Positions 46,429 through 56,847 of a DNA stretch of 64,000 nucleotides are shown here, piece by piece. The stretch's first letter is position 1, and each line of letters starts with the position of its first letter. Position numbers and translations under genes: made by a program. Under the pieces are notes generated by a model that made no database searches, was not told the origin of the DNA, and saw only the letters and a program-made list of their open reading frames with translations. Origin of the DNA: Comamonadaceae bacterium (GTDB taxonomy: Bacteria; Pseudomonadota; Gammaproteobacteria; Burkholderiales; Burkholderiaceae_C); the NCBI GenBank assembly GCA_947450675.1, contig CANFWI010000006.1, positions 1,447-65,446 on the forward strand. Reading direction: 5' to 3'.

Positions 46429-46610
46429 CGCGCTTTAACTCGTCAAATGGCAAGCGCATCTGTCAGCGAAAAGGCACTTAACGGGTTCTGACCCCAATTA
46501 ACTGCAATTAAATGGACGGGAAGCTGACCTGACGCCAAGCTTTTATACTGGAGAGCTTTCCCCATTTCCTTCAACAGCCTCTGGACAAACACCATGAAAC
46601 GCTGCACCCC

Positions 46611-47972
46611 ATGAGCAAAAAAGTCTTTATCAAAACCTTCGGCTGCCAAATGAACGAGTACGACTCGGACAAGATGAGCGACGTCTTGCATGCCGCTGAA
46701 GGCTATGAGCCCACGCAAGATGTGGAAGAAGCTGACCTGATTCTTTTCAACACCTGTTCAGTGCGTGAAAAGGCGCAAGAAAAAGTCTTCAGTGACCTCG
46801 GCCGCATCAAGCACCTGAAGCAAAAAGGCGTGTTGATCGGTGTCGGTGGCTGTGTCGCCAGTCAAGAAGGTGCGGCCATCATTCAGCGCGCGCCGTATGT
46901 GGACGTGGTCTTTGGCCCGCAAACCCTGCACCGCCTGCCAGAGCTGCTGAAGGCTCGTGCGCGGCTGGGTAAATCGCAGGTCGACATCAGCTTTCCGGAG
47001 ATCGAGAAGTTTGACCACCTGCCACCTGCACGCGTCGAAGGCGCCAGCGCTTTCGTCAGCATCATGGAAGGCTGCTCCAAGTACTGCAGCTATTGCGTGG
47101 TGCCCTACACCCGCGGCGAAGAAGTCTCCCGGCCGTTTGACGACGTGCTGGTCGAGATCGCCGGGCTGGCCGACCAAGGCGTCAAAGAAGTCACCTTGCT
47201 GGGGCAAAACGTCAACGCTTACCGCGGCCCGATGACAGCGGCAGGCAAGAGCGGCCACTCAGAGATAGCCGACTTCGCCCTGCTGCTCGAATACGTCTCC
47301 GACATCCCCGGCATTGAGCGCATTCGCTACGTCACCAGTCACCCGAACGAATTCACGCAAAGCCTGATTGAGGCTTACGCCAAGCTACCCAAACTGGTGA
47401 ACCATTTGCACTTGCCCGTGCAGCACGGCAGCGACCGTATTTTGATGGCGATGAAGCGCGGCTACACCGCCATGGAATACAAAAGCACGATTCGCAAGCT
47501 GCGCGCCATTCGGCCTGACCTGGCCATGAGCAGCGACTTCATCGTCGGTTTTCCGGGTGAGACGGAAGAAGACTTTGGCAAGATGATGAAGCTCATTGAC
47601 GACGTCGGCTACGACACCTCGTTCAGTTTTATCTTCAGCCCACGCCCAGGCACACCCGCCGCCACGTTGCATGACGACACGCCGCACGAGGTCAAATTGC
47701 GCCGTTTGCACGAACTGCAAGCCGCCATTGACGCCAATGTGCGCGCCATCAGCGCCAGCCGCCACGGCACCGTGCAGCGCATCTTGGTCGAAGGCACGTC
47801 ACGCAAAGACACCACTGAATTGATGGGCCGCACCGAGTGCAACCGCGTCGTCAATTTCAAAGGCCCTGCGCGTTTGGTCGGCCAGATGGTCGACATCAAG
47901 ATCACCGAAGCCATGCAGCGGTCGCTGCGTGGTGAAGTCTTGACCACGGAAGACTTCAGCTTGGCTGTTTGA
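46611..47972 (+). CDS. miaB: tRNA-2-methylthio-N6-dimethylallyladenosine synthase
   Basis: [16 protein letters not shown], radical-SAM [13 protein letters not shown]-terminus. Confidence 0.95.
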   Translation: MSKKVFIKTFGCQMNEYDSDKMSDVLHAAEGYEPTQDVEEADLILFNTCSVREKAQEKVFSDLGRIKHLKQKGVLIGVGGCVASQEGAAIIQRAPYVDVVFGPQTLHRLPELLKARARLGKSQVDISFPEIEKFDHLPPARVEGASAFVSIMEGCSKYCSYCVVPYTRGEEVSRPFDDVLVEIAGLADQGVKEVTLLGQNVNAYRGPMTAAGKSGHSEIADFALLLEYVSDIPGIERIRYVTSHPNEFTQSLIEAYAKLPKLVNHLHLPVQHGSDRILMAMKRGYTAMEYKSTIRKLRAIRPDLAMSSDFIVGFPGETEEDFGKMMKLIDDVGYDTSFSFIFSPRPGTPAATLHDDTPHEVKLRRLHELQAAIDANVRAISASRHGTVQRILVEGTSRKDTTELMGRTECNRVVNFKGPARLVGQMVDIKITEAMQRSLRGEVLTTEDFSLAV

Positions 47973-47978
47973 TAGGCA

Positions 47979-49346
47979 CTAGAACTTGGGCATCCCGCCC
48001 AAGCCTTTCATGCCGCCCATGCGCTTCATCATTTTCATCATGCCGCTGCCCTTCATCTTTTTCATCATGCCCTGCATCTGCTCGAACTCATTGAGCAAGC
48101 GGTTGACTTCTTGAACCTGCACACCTGAACCCGCAGCGATTCGGCGTTTGCGGGTGGCTTTGATGAGTTCGGGTTTGCGGCGCTCCAGCGGCGTCATGCT
48201 TTGGATGATGCCTTCCTTGCGGCGAATGTCTTTTTCAGCCTTGTCCATGTCCATCTGACCGGCCTTGGCCGCCATCTGCGCCGGTAGCTTGTCCATCAAG
48301 CTAGACAGGCCGCCCATGTTTTTCATCTGCTGCAGCTGACTCAAAAAATCGTCGAGGTCAAAACCGCTGCCGCTTTTCAGCTTAGCGGCGAGCTTTTGCG
48401 CCGCCGCCACATCGACACCGGCGGTGACTTGCTCGACCAGCGCCAAAATGTCGCCCATGCCCAGAATGCGACCAGCGTGGCGCTCGGCGTCAAAGACCTC
48501 CAAGCCATCCAGCTTTTCGCTGGTCCCCGAAAACTTGATCGGGGCGCCGGTGATTTGACGCACGCTCAAAGCAGCACCGCCGCGTGAGTCGCCGTCGGTC
48601 TTGGTCAAGATAATGCCGGTCAAGGGCAGCGCGTCCTTGAAGGCCTTGGCGGTGTTGATCGCATCTTGACCCTGCATGGCGTCGACCACGAACAAGGTCT
48701 CGACCGGTTGCAACACCGCGTGCAGTTCTTTGATCTCGCTCATCAGCGCTTCATCAATCGCCAAGCGGCCTGCGGTGTCGACCAGCAGCACATCAAAGAA
48801 ATGCCGGCGCGCGTAATCCAGCGCAGCACGAGCGATGTCGACTGGCTTTTGATCTGGCGAGCTGGGGAACCACTCGGCACCAGCTTGCTTTGTCACTGTT
48901 TTGAGCTGCTCGATCGCGGCCGGCCGATAAACGTCGCCCGACACCGTGAGCACTTTTTTCTTGCGCTTTTCAATCAAGTGTTTGGCCAGCTTGGCGGTGG
49001 TGGTGGTTTTACCTGCGCCTTGCAGGCCGGCCATCAAAATCACGGCCGGTGGTTGCGCCGCCAGATTGATGTCGCTGACGCCTTCGCCCATGGTCGCGGC
49101 GAGCTCGCGGTTGACGATGCCGACCAAGGCTTGGCCCGGCGACAGCGAACCCAGCACTTCTTGGCCCAAGGCTTTGTCCTTGACGCGGGCGACAAAGTCG
49201 CGCACCACGGGCAAGGCCACGTCGGCTTCCAGCAGGGCCATGCGCACTTCGCGCAGCATGTCCTGCACGTTCGACTCAGTGATACGGGCCTGACCACGCA
49301 TTTCCTTGACGAGGCGAGAGAGTTTGTCGGTGAGGGCTGAGGCCAT
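47979..49346 (-). CDS. ffh: Signal recognition particle protein Ffh
   Basis: GLQGAGKTTT, DTAGR, Met-rich M domain. ATG at 49346. Confidence 0.95.
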   Translation of the reverse strand: MASALTDKLSRLVKEMRGQARITESNVQDMLREVRMALLEADVALPVVRDFVARVKDKALGQEVLGSLSPGQALVGIVNRELAATMGEGVSDINLAAQPPAVILMAGLQGAGKTTTTAKLAKHLIEKRKKKVLTVSGDVYRPAAIEQLKTVTKQAGAEWFPSSPDQKPVDIARAALDYARRHFFDVLLVDTAGRLAIDEALMSEIKELHAVLQPVETLFVVDAMQGQDAINTAKAFKDALPLTGIILTKTDGDSRGGAALSVRQITGAPIKFSGTSEKLDGLEVFDAERHAGRILGMGDILALVEQVTAGVDVAAAQKLAAKLKSGSGFDLDDFLSQLQQMKNMGGLSSLMDKLPAQMAAKAGQMDMDKAEKDIRRKEGIIQSMTPLERRKPELIKATRKRRIAAGSGVQVQEVNRLLNEFEQMQGMMKKMKGSGMMKMMKRMGGMKGLGGMPKF

Positions 49347-49410
49347 GTGACGGCTCCACGCATGGAGCAAGGGTTAATTAAAACAAGCAGGGAAGGGATA
49401 AACTGTCCGT

Positions 49411-50211
49411 ATGATTTTAGCTTTCAGTGCGTGGTTTGGCGTGGCGACAGCCGTCGGAGCCGCGCTTTTGTATGGTGTTTTAGCGCTGCTCAGCCAGCGC
49501 CTGAGCACGCCCGCAGCGCGCGCATGGCTAGTGGCCGCTTGGTTGCTGCACGCCATGGCACTGGCGGCTGGCCTGTTTGGGCAACCTCCGCGTTTTGGCT
49601 TCGCGCCCGCTTTATCGACCACGGTCTGGCTGGTCGTGACCCTCTACGCGATTGAAAGCGGTCTCATTCCACAACTCAAAGCCCGCTGGGCGCTGGCGGC
49701 CGTGGGTGCGGCGGCAGTGCTGTTGGCGCTGGCGTTTCCGGGCACCAGTTACCACCGCATCGCCTCGCCTTGGCTGCCTTTGCATTGGGCGCTGGGCATC
49801 GCCTCTTATGGTCTTTTCGCAACCGCGCTGGTACACGGCTGGCTGATGAGCCGATCAGAGCGCTCCATGCGCTCGGCCCATCCCAACGACTCAGGCGTGC
49901 CCCTGCTGACACTGGAGCGGCTGACCTTTCGCTTTGTCGAAGCGGGTTTTATCTTGCTGACCGCCTCGCTGCTGGCAGGCTGGTTTTTTGCCGAGACCCT
50001 GTACGGTCCGCATTTAGGCCCGCTGTGGAATCACAAAACCATTTTTTCGGTGCTGGCTTGGCTGACCTTTGCCAGCTTGCTGATCGGTCGGTCGCGGCTC
50101 GGCTGGCGCGGCCGCAAAGCCCGCAACGTTCTTTATCTGGGGTCGGGCTTGCTGTTGCTGGGTTACGCCGGCTCACGTTTTGTCCTTGAAGTGGTGCTGC
50201 ATCGTTCATGA
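49411..50211 (+). CDS. CcsA-like cytochrome c assembly family inner-membrane protein (YpjD-like)
   Basis: Eight-helix protein divergent from ffh, as for ypjD in E. coli. Confidence 0.75.
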   Translation: MILAFSAWFGVATAVGAALLYGVLALLSQRLSTPAARAWLVAAWLLHAMALAAGLFGQPPRFGFAPALSTTVWLVVTLYAIESGLIPQLKARWALAAVGAAAVLLALAFPGTSYHRIASPWLPLHWALGIASYGLFATALVHGWLMSRSERSMRSAHPNDSGVPLLTLERLTFRFVEAGFILLTASLLAGWFFAETLYGPHLGPLWNHKTIFSVLAWLTFASLLIGRSRLGWRGRKARNVLYLGSGLLLLGYAGSRFVLEVVLHRS

Positions 50212-50456
50212 AATACCTGTTGATTTTTGGCCTCACGATCGCCGTGATATGGCTGTGGCAAGGCAAACGGCGATCAGCCCTCAGCGAAAAAACGCGCCAG
50301 CAAAAACCAAACAACCAGGGTCGTCCACGTCAATTGCCCACCACTGAAATCGTCGCCTGCGACGTTTGCTCAGTCCATCTGCCTCGGGCTGAGGCGCTGA
50401 CCAACGGCAGCGCTGTCTACTGCAGCGAAGCGCACCGCCGTCAGGCCAAAGCTTGA
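50208..50456 (+). CDS. PP0621-family small protein (N-terminal TM helix plus C-terminal Cys-rich finger)
   Basis: MKYLLIFGLTIAVIWLW ... CDVCSVHLP...YCSEAHRRQ. ATGA overlap upstream. Confidence 0.7.
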   Translation: MKYLLIFGLTIAVIWLWQGKRRSALSEKTRQQKPNNQGRPRQLPTTEIVACDVCSVHLPRAEALTNGSAVYCSEAHRRQAKA

Positions 50457-51064
50457 TGGCCGAGCCAAAAGTGCAGCCACCTGCAAAGCCGTTGCCGCTG
50501 TGGCAAGGCGGCTGGTACAGCTTTGCGAGGCGCTTGGAATCTCCGAACTTCGGTCCTCGACCGACGGGCGTTCTGCCAGAGCTGATCGTCATCCACTCCA
50601 TCAGCCTGCCGCCTGGCGACTATGGCACGGGTCAAGTACAGCGCTTGTTCACGAATCAACTCGATTGGGATGCGCACGACTATTTCCGCAGCATCCGGGG
50701 CCTGAAAGTGTCTGCGCATTTTTTCATCACCCGTGATGGCCAGCTCTGGCAGTTCGTCAGCTGCGACGACCGCGCTTGGCACGCCGGCGAATCGACTTAC
50801 CGCGGCAAAGTCAATTGCAATGACCACTCGGTCGGGATTGAGCTCGAAGGCCTAGAGGGTCTGTTGTTTGAGGCTGCCCAGTACGAAACCCTGACCAGCC
50901 TGTCGGCAGCTCTGCTACAGGCCTACCCCATCAGTCAGGTGGCCGGGCACGAGCACATTGCCACGGGACGCAAGCAAGACCCCGGTGCCGGCTTCGACTG
51001 GCCGATGTTGCGCAGCTCACTGGGTTTGGGGTTCGGCAATTTTCCGGTCAACGCACCAAAATAG
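50456..51064 (+). CDS. ampD: 1,6-anhydro-N-acetylmuramyl-L-alanine amidase
   Basis: IVIHSISLPPGDYG, AWHAGES, GHEHIA. The ATG at 50456 overlaps the upstream TGA. Confidence 0.88.
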   Translation: MAEPKVQPPAKPLPLWQGGWYSFARRLESPNFGPRPTGVLPELIVIHSISLPPGDYGTGQVQRLFTNQLDWDAHDYFRSIRGLKVSAHFFITRDGQLWQFVSCDDRAWHAGESTYRGKVNCNDHSVGIELEGLEGLLFEAAQYETLTSLSAALLQAYPISQVAGHEHIATGRKQDPGAGFDWPMLRSSLGLGFGNFPVNAPK

Positions 51065-51154
51065 CGCCAAAAGGAGGCCTCGCAAAGGCATTCTTTGACC
51101 GAAACCAAGCGTGCTGATTGCTACAATCTGACGCTTGATAAATTTTTCTAAAAA

Positions 51155-51201
51155 ACACTACATGTAGTTCTTGAATTAAGTTTAAACACTAGATATAGTG
51201 T
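51155..51201. promoter_or_regulatory. Tandem NrdR boxes upstream of nrdAB
   Basis: ACACTACATGTAGTTC (51155..51170) and ACACTAGATATAGTGT (51186..51201), 31 bp start-to-start. The second is a near-perfect match to the palindromic NrdR box acaCwAtATaTwGtgt. Confidence 0.7.
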
Positions 51202-51349
51202 GTGAGCTTGATTAGATTAATGTGTTTCGGCACCTCCATCGACCCCCTAATTTTCAGGAATCTGACCTCTCCGGCGACCCTCATCCCGCATCCGTCTTAG
51301 CCTGTCAGTCTTCAACGAACACCCACGAACAATTCACCCGAGGAAATCC

Positions 51350-54271
51350 ATGCAAACCAGCATCCACACCCCCCATTCGCCCACAGGCTTGGCCACAGCT
51401 CATTTGGACGCAGACACACAAGGCCAGACCACGCCTTACAACCAGTACCAGATCATTCGCCGCAACGGCGCTGTGGTGCCGTTCGAACCGAACAAAATCG
51501 CGGTCGCCATGATGAAAGCCTTTTTGGCGGTGCATGGCACGCAAGGCGCGGCCTCAGCCAGTGTTCGCGAAACCGTCGACACGTTGACCCAGGCCGTGAT
51601 CCGCGCCTTGATGCGCTCGCGTCCAGCCGGCGGCACCTTCCATATTGAAGACGTGCAAGACAACGTCGAGTTGGGTCTGATGCGGGGCGGCCACCACGAA
51701 ATCGCACGGGCCTACGTGCTCTACCGCGAAAAACGCACGCAAGAACGTGCTCAACAAAGCGCCCACCAGATGCCTGCCGTGCACTCATTGCACGTCATCG
51801 ACGGTGGCAAAAAAATCGCCCTCGACATCGCTCAGCTGCAAGCCCTGATTGAAACCTCTTGCGCCGGCTTGGGTGCAGATATCAAACCCGACCCGATCGT
51901 CGCGGAGACCATGCGCAACCTTTACGACGGCGTGCCAATCGATGAGGTCTACAAAGCCTCCATCCTGGCCGCTCGTACGCTGATCGAAAAGGACCCTGAC
52001 TACACGTACGCCACAGCCCGTCTGTTACTGCACACCATTCGCCGCGAAGTGTTGGGCGAAGAAGTCGTGCATGCGGCCATGAGCACGCGCTACGCTGAAT
52101 ACTTTCCCCAGTTCATCAAGAAGGGGGTCGACAACGAACTCCTTGATGCAAAACTGTTGCAGTTTGACTTGGCCCGCCTCGGCGCGGCGCTCAAGCCCGA
52201 GCGTGACATGCAGTTTGACTACCTCGGCCTGCAGACCCTGTATGACCGCTACTTCCTGCACGTGCGCAAGCAGCGCATTGAACTGCCACAAGTGTTTTTC
52301 ATGCGCGTCGCCATGGGCTTGGCCCTCGAAGAAATCGACCGCGAAGCCCGCGCCATCGAGTTCTACGAAATCATGTCCTCGTTCGACTTCATGTCGAGCA
52401 CCCCAACCCTCTTCAATGCCGGCACGTTGCGTTCGCAGCTCTCGTCTTGCTACCTGACCACGGTCCCCGACGACTTGGGCGGCATTTACGACGCCATCAA
52501 AGAAAACGCCTTGCTGTCGAAGTTTGCCGGCGGCCTGGGCAATGACTGGACACCCGTGCGCGCACTGGGCGCTCACATCAAAGGCACCAACGGCGAGTCA
52601 CAAGGCGTTGTGCCCTTCCTCAAGGTTGTCAATGACACCGCTGTGGCGGTCAACCAAGGCGGCAAACGCAAGGGCGCCGTCTGCGCGTACTTGGAAACTT
52701 GGCACCTTGATATTGAAGAGTTCCTTGATCTGCGTAAAAACACGGGCGATGATCGCCGCCGCACGCACGACATGAACACCGCCAACTGGATTCCGGATCT
52801 GTTCATGCGCCGCGTCATGGAAAAAGGCAGTTGGACGCTGTTCTCCCCGAACGACACGCCAGATCTGCACGACAAGTACGGTATCGAGTTCGAAAAGGCT
52901 TACACGGCCTACGAAGCACGCGCCGAGCGCGGCGAGATCAAGCCGTCACGCAAGCTGCAAGCCATCGACATGTGGCGCAAGATGCTATCGATGCTGTTCG
53001 AAACCGGCCATCCATGGATCACATTCAAGGACGCCTGCAACGTGCGCTCGCCACAGCAACACTGCGGCGTGGTTCACTCATCGAATCTCTGCACTGAGAT
53101 CACGCTCAACACCAGTGAAACCGAAACCGCGGTGTGCAACCTCGGCTCAGTCAACTTGGTTCGACACCTGAAAACTGCGGCAGATGGCAGCAAAGAGCTC
53201 GACCATGCCAAGCTCAAGAAAACCATCACGACGGCCATGCGCATGCTGGACAACGTGATCGACATCAATTACTACGCGGTCAAAAAAGCCCGCGACTCTA
53301 ACATGCAGCATCGTCCGGTCGGTCTGGGCATCATGGGCTTTCAGGACTGCTTGTACGAATTGCGCACGCCTTACGCCAGCGACGCGGCCGTTGAGTTCGC
53401 CGACAAATCCATGGAAGCCGTCTGCTACCACGCCTACTGGGCTTCGACCGAACTGGCCAAAGAGCGCGGCAAATACGCCAGCTACAAAGGCTCGCTCTGG
53501 GACCGCGGCATCTTGCCACTCGACACCCTCGACATGCTCGCCAAAGAGCGTGGCGGCTACATTGAAGTCGATCGTTCCATCACCCTTGACTGGGAAGCGC
53601 TGCGCAGCAAGATTGCAGCCGATGGCATGCGCAATTCAAACTGCGTCGCCATTGCACCGACGGCGACGATCTCCAACATCATTGGCGTTGACGCCTGTAT
53701 CGAGCCCTGCTTTGGCAATCTCTCGGTCAAGTCCAACTTGTCCGGCGAGTTCACGGTCATCAACGGCTACCTGGTGCACGATCTGAAGCGCCTCGGCCTG
53801 TGGGATGACGTGATGGTGGTTGACCTGAAACACTTTGACGGTTCTCTGCGTCCAATCGACCGCGTGCCGCAAGAAATCAAAGCGCTGTATGCCACGGCTT
53901 TTGAAGTCGATGCCACTTGGTTGGTTGAGGCTGCCTCGCGTCGCCAGAAATGGATTGACCAAGCGCAGTCGCTGAACATTTACATGGCTGGCGCCTCCGG
54001 CAAAAAGCTCGACGACACCTACAAACTGGCTTGGTTGCGCGGCTTGAAAACGACTTACTACCTGCGCACCATGGGCGCCACGCACGCAGAAAAATCAACC
54101 GTCAAAGCGGGCAAGCTCAACTCTGTAGCATCTGGCAACACCGACGACAGCGGCAGCATGAACGCCATGGACGCCGCGGCGGCCACAGCGCATGCACAGT
54201 TGAGCGCAACACCAGCAACTGATATCAAGTTTTGTGCGATCGATGATCCAGGCTGCGAGGCTTGTCAATAA
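51350..54271 (+). CDS. nrdA: Class Ia ribonucleoside-diphosphate reductase alpha subunit
   Basis: 973 aa, N-terminal ATP-cone region, SSNLCTEI, C-terminal CxxC tail (DPGCEACQ). GAGGA Shine-Dalgarno. Confidence 0.95.
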   Translation: MQTSIHTPHSPTGLATAHLDADTQGQTTPYNQYQIIRRNGAVVPFEPNKIAVAMMKAFLAVHGTQGAASASVRETVDTLTQAVIRALMRSRPAGGTFHIEDVQDNVELGLMRGGHHEIARAYVLYREKRTQERAQQSAHQMPAVHSLHVIDGGKKIALDIAQLQALIETSCAGLGADIKPDPIVAETMRNLYDGVPIDEVYKASILAARTLIEKDPDYTYATARLLLHTIRREVLGEEVVHAAMSTRYAEYFPQFIKKGVDNELLDAKLLQFDLARLGAALKPERDMQFDYLGLQTLYDRYFLHVRKQRIELPQVFFMRVAMGLALEEIDREARAIEFYEIMSSFDFMSSTPTLFNAGTLRSQLSSCYLTTVPDDLGGIYDAIKENALLSKFAGGLGNDWTPVRALGAHIKGTNGESQGVVPFLKVVNDTAVAVNQGGKRKGAVCAYLETWHLDIEEFLDLRKNTGDDRRRTHDMNTANWIPDLFMRRVMEKGSWTLFSPNDTPDLHDKYGIEFEKAYTAYEARAERGEIKPSRKLQAIDMWRKMLSMLFETGHPWITFKDACNVRSPQQHCGVVHSSNLCTEITLNTSETETAVCNLGSVNLVRHLKTAADGSKELDHAKLKKTITTAMRMLDNVIDINYYAVKKARDSNMQHRPVGLGIMGFQDCLYELRTPYASDAAVEFADKSMEAVCYHAYWASTELAKERGKYASYKGSLWDRGILPLDTLDMLAKERGGYIEVDRSITLDWEALRSKIAADGMRNSNCVAIAPTATISNIIGVDACIEPCFGNLSVKSNLSGEFTVINGYLVHDLKRLGLWDDVMVVDLKHFDGSLRPIDRVPQEIKALYATAFEVDATWLVEAASRRQKWIDQAQSLNIYMAGASGKKLDDTYKLAWLRGLKTTYYLRTMGATHAEKSTVKAGKLNSVASGNTDDSGSMNAMDAAAATAHAQLSATPATDIKFCAIDDPGCEACQ

Positions 54272-54280
54272 AAAATCAAG

Positions 54281-54309
54281 TGTGCGCAGCAGACCTTCTG
54301 CTGCGCACA
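54281..54309 (+). terminator. 12-bp stem hairpin between nrdA and nrdB (attenuator/processing site or weak terminator)
   Basis: tgtgcgcagcag-acctt-ctgctgcgcaca followed by only TTT. Confidence 0.35.
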
Positions 54310-54407
54310 TTTCGATGTAATTGAACAACACTCACTTCAGCGATTTCAATGAATATCTTTTCATTTTTTAACGCTGCTTTCATAATCCAAAGTTATTGGA
54401 AACATCT

Positions 54408-55655
54408 ATGTTGACCTGGGACGAAGAAGTCAAACCATCACTGCTCAATTCGCTGGCCAGCGGCTCTCCTGAAAGCCGCTCGATGGAGCTTCCGCCACTT
54501 TCTTTGCCACCGCAAACCATCGCCCCTCAGCGCATGCTCAACGATGGCGCTTTAGTGCATGAAGCACCGGCTGCACTGACACCCGTCGCTGCGGTAACAA
54601 CAGCGTTTGATACGTCGGCACCCTCGCCGGCGACTTATCGCCGCGTCAAGGCTTCGGACAAACGCATCATCAACGGTCAGACCGATGTCAACCAGTTGGT
54701 GCCGTTCAAATACAAATGGGCTTGGGAAAAATACCTCGCCACCTGCGCCAATCATTGGATGCCGCAAGAAGTCAACATGACACGCGACATCGCGCTGTGG
54801 AAAGACCCGAATGGCCTGACCGATGACGAGCGACGTCTGGTCATGCGCAACCTCGGCTTTTTTGTGACGGCAGACTCCTTGGCTGCCAACAACATCGTGC
54901 TGGGCACTTACCGCCACATCACCGCGCCCGAGTGCCGTCAGTTCCTCTTGCGTCAAGCTTTTGAAGAAGCCATTCACACCCATGCGTACCAGTACATCAC
55001 TGAATCGTTGGGCTTGGACGAAGGCGAAATCTTCAACGCTTACAACGAAGTCCAGTCGATTCGTGACAAAGACCAGTTCTTGATTCCGTTCATTGAGGCG
55101 ATCTCTGACCCGCTCTTCAAGACCGGCACCCCTGAGAACGACCAGACGCTGCTCAAGTCCCTCATCGTTTTTGCCTGCCTGATGGAAGGCTTGTTCTTCT
55201 ATGTGGGTTTCACGCAAATTTTGGCGTTGGGTCGGCAGAACAAAATGACCGGTGCTGCCGAGCAGTACCAGTACATCTTGCGCGATGAGTCGATGCACTG
55301 CAACTTCGGCATTGACCTGATCAACCAGCTCAAACTGGAAAACCCACATCTCTGGACGTCTGAGTTCAAGGCTGAGATCAAGGCGCTGTTCATGCAGGCT
55401 GTCGAGCTCGAATACCGCTACGCTGAAGACACCATGCCACGCGGTGTGCTGGGTCTGAACGCTTCCATGTTCAAAGGCTATTTGCGCTACATCGCCAACC
55501 GCCGAGCGACTCAGATTGGCTTGGAGACGTTGTTCCCGAACGAAGAAAATCCGTTCCCATGGATGAGCGAGATGATCGATCTGAAGAAAGAGCGCAACTT
55601 CTTTGAAACCCGCGTGATTGAATACCAATCTGGCGGTGCGCTGTCTTGGGATTGA
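54408..55655 (+). CDS. nrdB: Class Ia ribonucleoside-diphosphate reductase beta subunit (long Pseudomonas-type N-terminus)
   Basis: Di-iron ligands in EEAIHTHAY and [13 protein letters not shown] at 54408 (MLTWDEE). Confidence 0.93.
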   Translation: MLTWDEEVKPSLLNSLASGSPESRSMELPPLSLPPQTIAPQRMLNDGALVHEAPAALTPVAAVTTAFDTSAPSPATYRRVKASDKRIINGQTDVNQLVPFKYKWAWEKYLATCANHWMPQEVNMTRDIALWKDPNGLTDDERRLVMRNLGFFVTADSLAANNIVLGTYRHITAPECRQFLLRQAFEEAIHTHAYQYITESLGLDEGEIFNAYNEVQSIRDKDQFLIPFIEAISDPLFKTGTPENDQTLLKSLIVFACLMEGLFFYVGFTQILALGRQNKMTGAAEQYQYILRDESMHCNFGIDLINQLKLENPHLWTSEFKAEIKALFMQAVELEYRYAEDTMPRGVLGLNASMFKGYLRYIANRRATQIGLETLFPNEENPFPWMSEMIDLKKERNFFETRVIEYQSGGALSWD

Positions 55656-55847
55656 GCCTTTAGCCACATCAAGCAACATGATTTTTGAATTACACAAGAA
55701 CCCATCAGCACGCCGCAGAGCGGGCCATGGTTTTTGTTCCCGTGTTCTCGGCGCTGGGCCCCGGTTTTCCGGCTGGCCCAACGCCGTGAATCGCTTCTCG
55801 TACTCCAAACGTGAAGTGCTCTTTGCAACGTGATCAAGGAGAAAACT

Positions 55848-56381
55848 ATGGCAACTGCGAAAAAAGTAGCATCTAAAAAAGCTGCACCAAAAAAAGCCCC
55901 GGCCGCTAAATCAGCACCGGCCAAAAAAGCTCCCGCTAAAAAAGTAGCAGCGAAAAAAGCACCGGCTAAAAAAGTCGTTGCCAAAAAAGCGCCAGCGAAA
56001 AAAGCAGCGGTTAAAAAAGTAGCAGCGAAAAAAGCACCGGCTAAAAAAGTCGTTGCTAAAAAAGCGCCAGCGAAAAAAGTAGCGGTCAAGAAAGTAGCAG
56101 CGAAAAAAGCACCGGCTAAAAAAGTCGTTGCCCAAAAAGCGCCAGCGAAAAAAGCCGCAGCCCCAAAAGCAGCAGCCAAAAAGGCCGTTGCTAAAAAAGC
56201 GCCAGCGAAAAAAGCCGCAGCCAAAAAAGTAGCGGCCAAGAAGCCTGCTGCGAAAAAAGCTGCGAAGAAAGCCGCGAAAAAGCCCGCTGCCAAAGCACCT
56301 GCTGCCGCGGCCGGCCAAGCGGCTCAGACGACTCTGAACCCGCAAGCTGCCTGGCCGTTTCCAACAGCCAGCAAGCCCTAA
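55848..56381 (+). CDS. Histone H1-like Lys/Ala-rich nucleoid protein (BpH1/AlgP-type KKAPA repeats)
   Basis: AAGGAG-N6-ATG. About 85% of the protein is (A/V)(A/P)AKK repeats. Non-repetitive tail [17 protein letters not shown]. Confidence 0.85.
   Translation: MATAKKVASKKAAPKKAPAAKSAPAKKAPAKKVAAKKAPAKKVVAKKAPAKKAAVKKVAAKKAPAKKVVAKKAPAKKVAVKKVAAKKAPAKKVVAQKAPAKKAAAPKAAAKKAVAKKAPAKKAAAKKVAAKKPAAKKAAKKAAKKPAAKAPAAAAGQAAQTTLNPQAAWPFPTASKP
55944..56168 (+). repeat. 3 x 75-bp in-frame tandem repeat (25-aa unit [25 protein letters not shown])
   Basis: Units start at 55944, 56019 and 56094, with a few substitutions each. Confidence 0.85.
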
Positions 56382-56403
56382 GCAGTCAGGTAACTCTGCT
56401 TAA

Positions 56404-56434
56404 AGCCTGGCATCGAAAGATGCCGGGCTTTTTT
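56404..56434 (+). terminator. Rho-independent terminator after the H1-like gene
   Basis: agcctggcatc-gaaa-gatgccgggct followed by T6. Confidence 0.8.
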
Positions 56435-56450
56435 GTGGCCGCGACCAACC

Positions 56451-56789
56451 ATGCCCCCCTACCCGGCACCCGACCTTGTCTTTCTCCAGCACGAGCCCAA
56501 AACAGGCGACTGCCTCGTGAGCATTCACGTCATGCCCAATGCGCCTCAAACAAAAGTAGATGGCCTTTATGGCGAGGCAGGTCAGCAAGCACTGCGCGTG
56601 CGTTTGCATGCGCTACCAATTGATGGCAAAGCCAACGAAGCACTGGTGAAATGGCTGGCCAAAGAACTAGGCATCGCGCAACGTGACATCACGCTGGTGC
56701 GCGGTCAAACGTCAAGGCGGAAAGTACTCAGAATCGACAGCAGCGCTCTGGCTACGGCCCGTTGGGGGCGCATCATTCCGCAACGCTAA
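56451..56789 (+). CDS. DUF167 (YggU-family) protein
   Basis: VMPNAPQTKVDGLYG...LRVRLHALPIDGKANEALVKWLAKELG...VRGQTSRRKVLRI. Confidence 0.8.
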   Translation: MPPYPAPDLVFLQHEPKTGDCLVSIHVMPNAPQTKVDGLYGEAGQQALRVRLHALPIDGKANEALVKWLAKELGIAQRDITLVRGQTSRRKVLRIDSSALATARWGRIIPQR

Positions 56790-56847
56790 AACAGCCCGGT
56801 AGTAACCCGCAAGCAGCCATCGCTTGGCAGCTGAGCGTCCAGCGGGC

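Noticed and set aside
43701-46610. Search for a right-hand att site (direct repeat of the tRNA 3' end) in the intergenic regions 43701..43860 and 46429..46610
   Set aside because: By eye I found only short chance matches such as gggttctgacccc. That is not enough to call an island boundary, so it needs a computed repeat search.
46443-46718. 91-aa minus-strand ORF upstream of and overlapping miaB
   Set aside because: It overlaps the well-supported miaB start in antisense and has no motif or ribosome-binding site. The interval is more likely the miaB promoter/leader.
54552-55808. 418-aa ORF on the minus strand
   Set aside because: It is entirely antisense to nrdB, whose product has unmistakable di-iron motifs. 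The translation is Arg/Val/Gln-rich with no motifs, a typical high-GC shadow ORF.
55511-56293. 260-aa ORF ([13 protein letters not shown]...) on the minus strand
   Set aside because: It is the reverse-complement reading of the AAG/GCx-rich H1-like repeats. The plus-strand gene has a Shine-Dalgarno sequence, a terminator and a recognisable family.
55848-56381. Possibility that the regular KKAPA repeat DNA is a CRISPR-like or minisatellite array
   Set aside because: The repeats are in frame within a gene that has start, stop, Shine-Dalgarno and terminator. There are no unique spacers of constant length and no cas genes.
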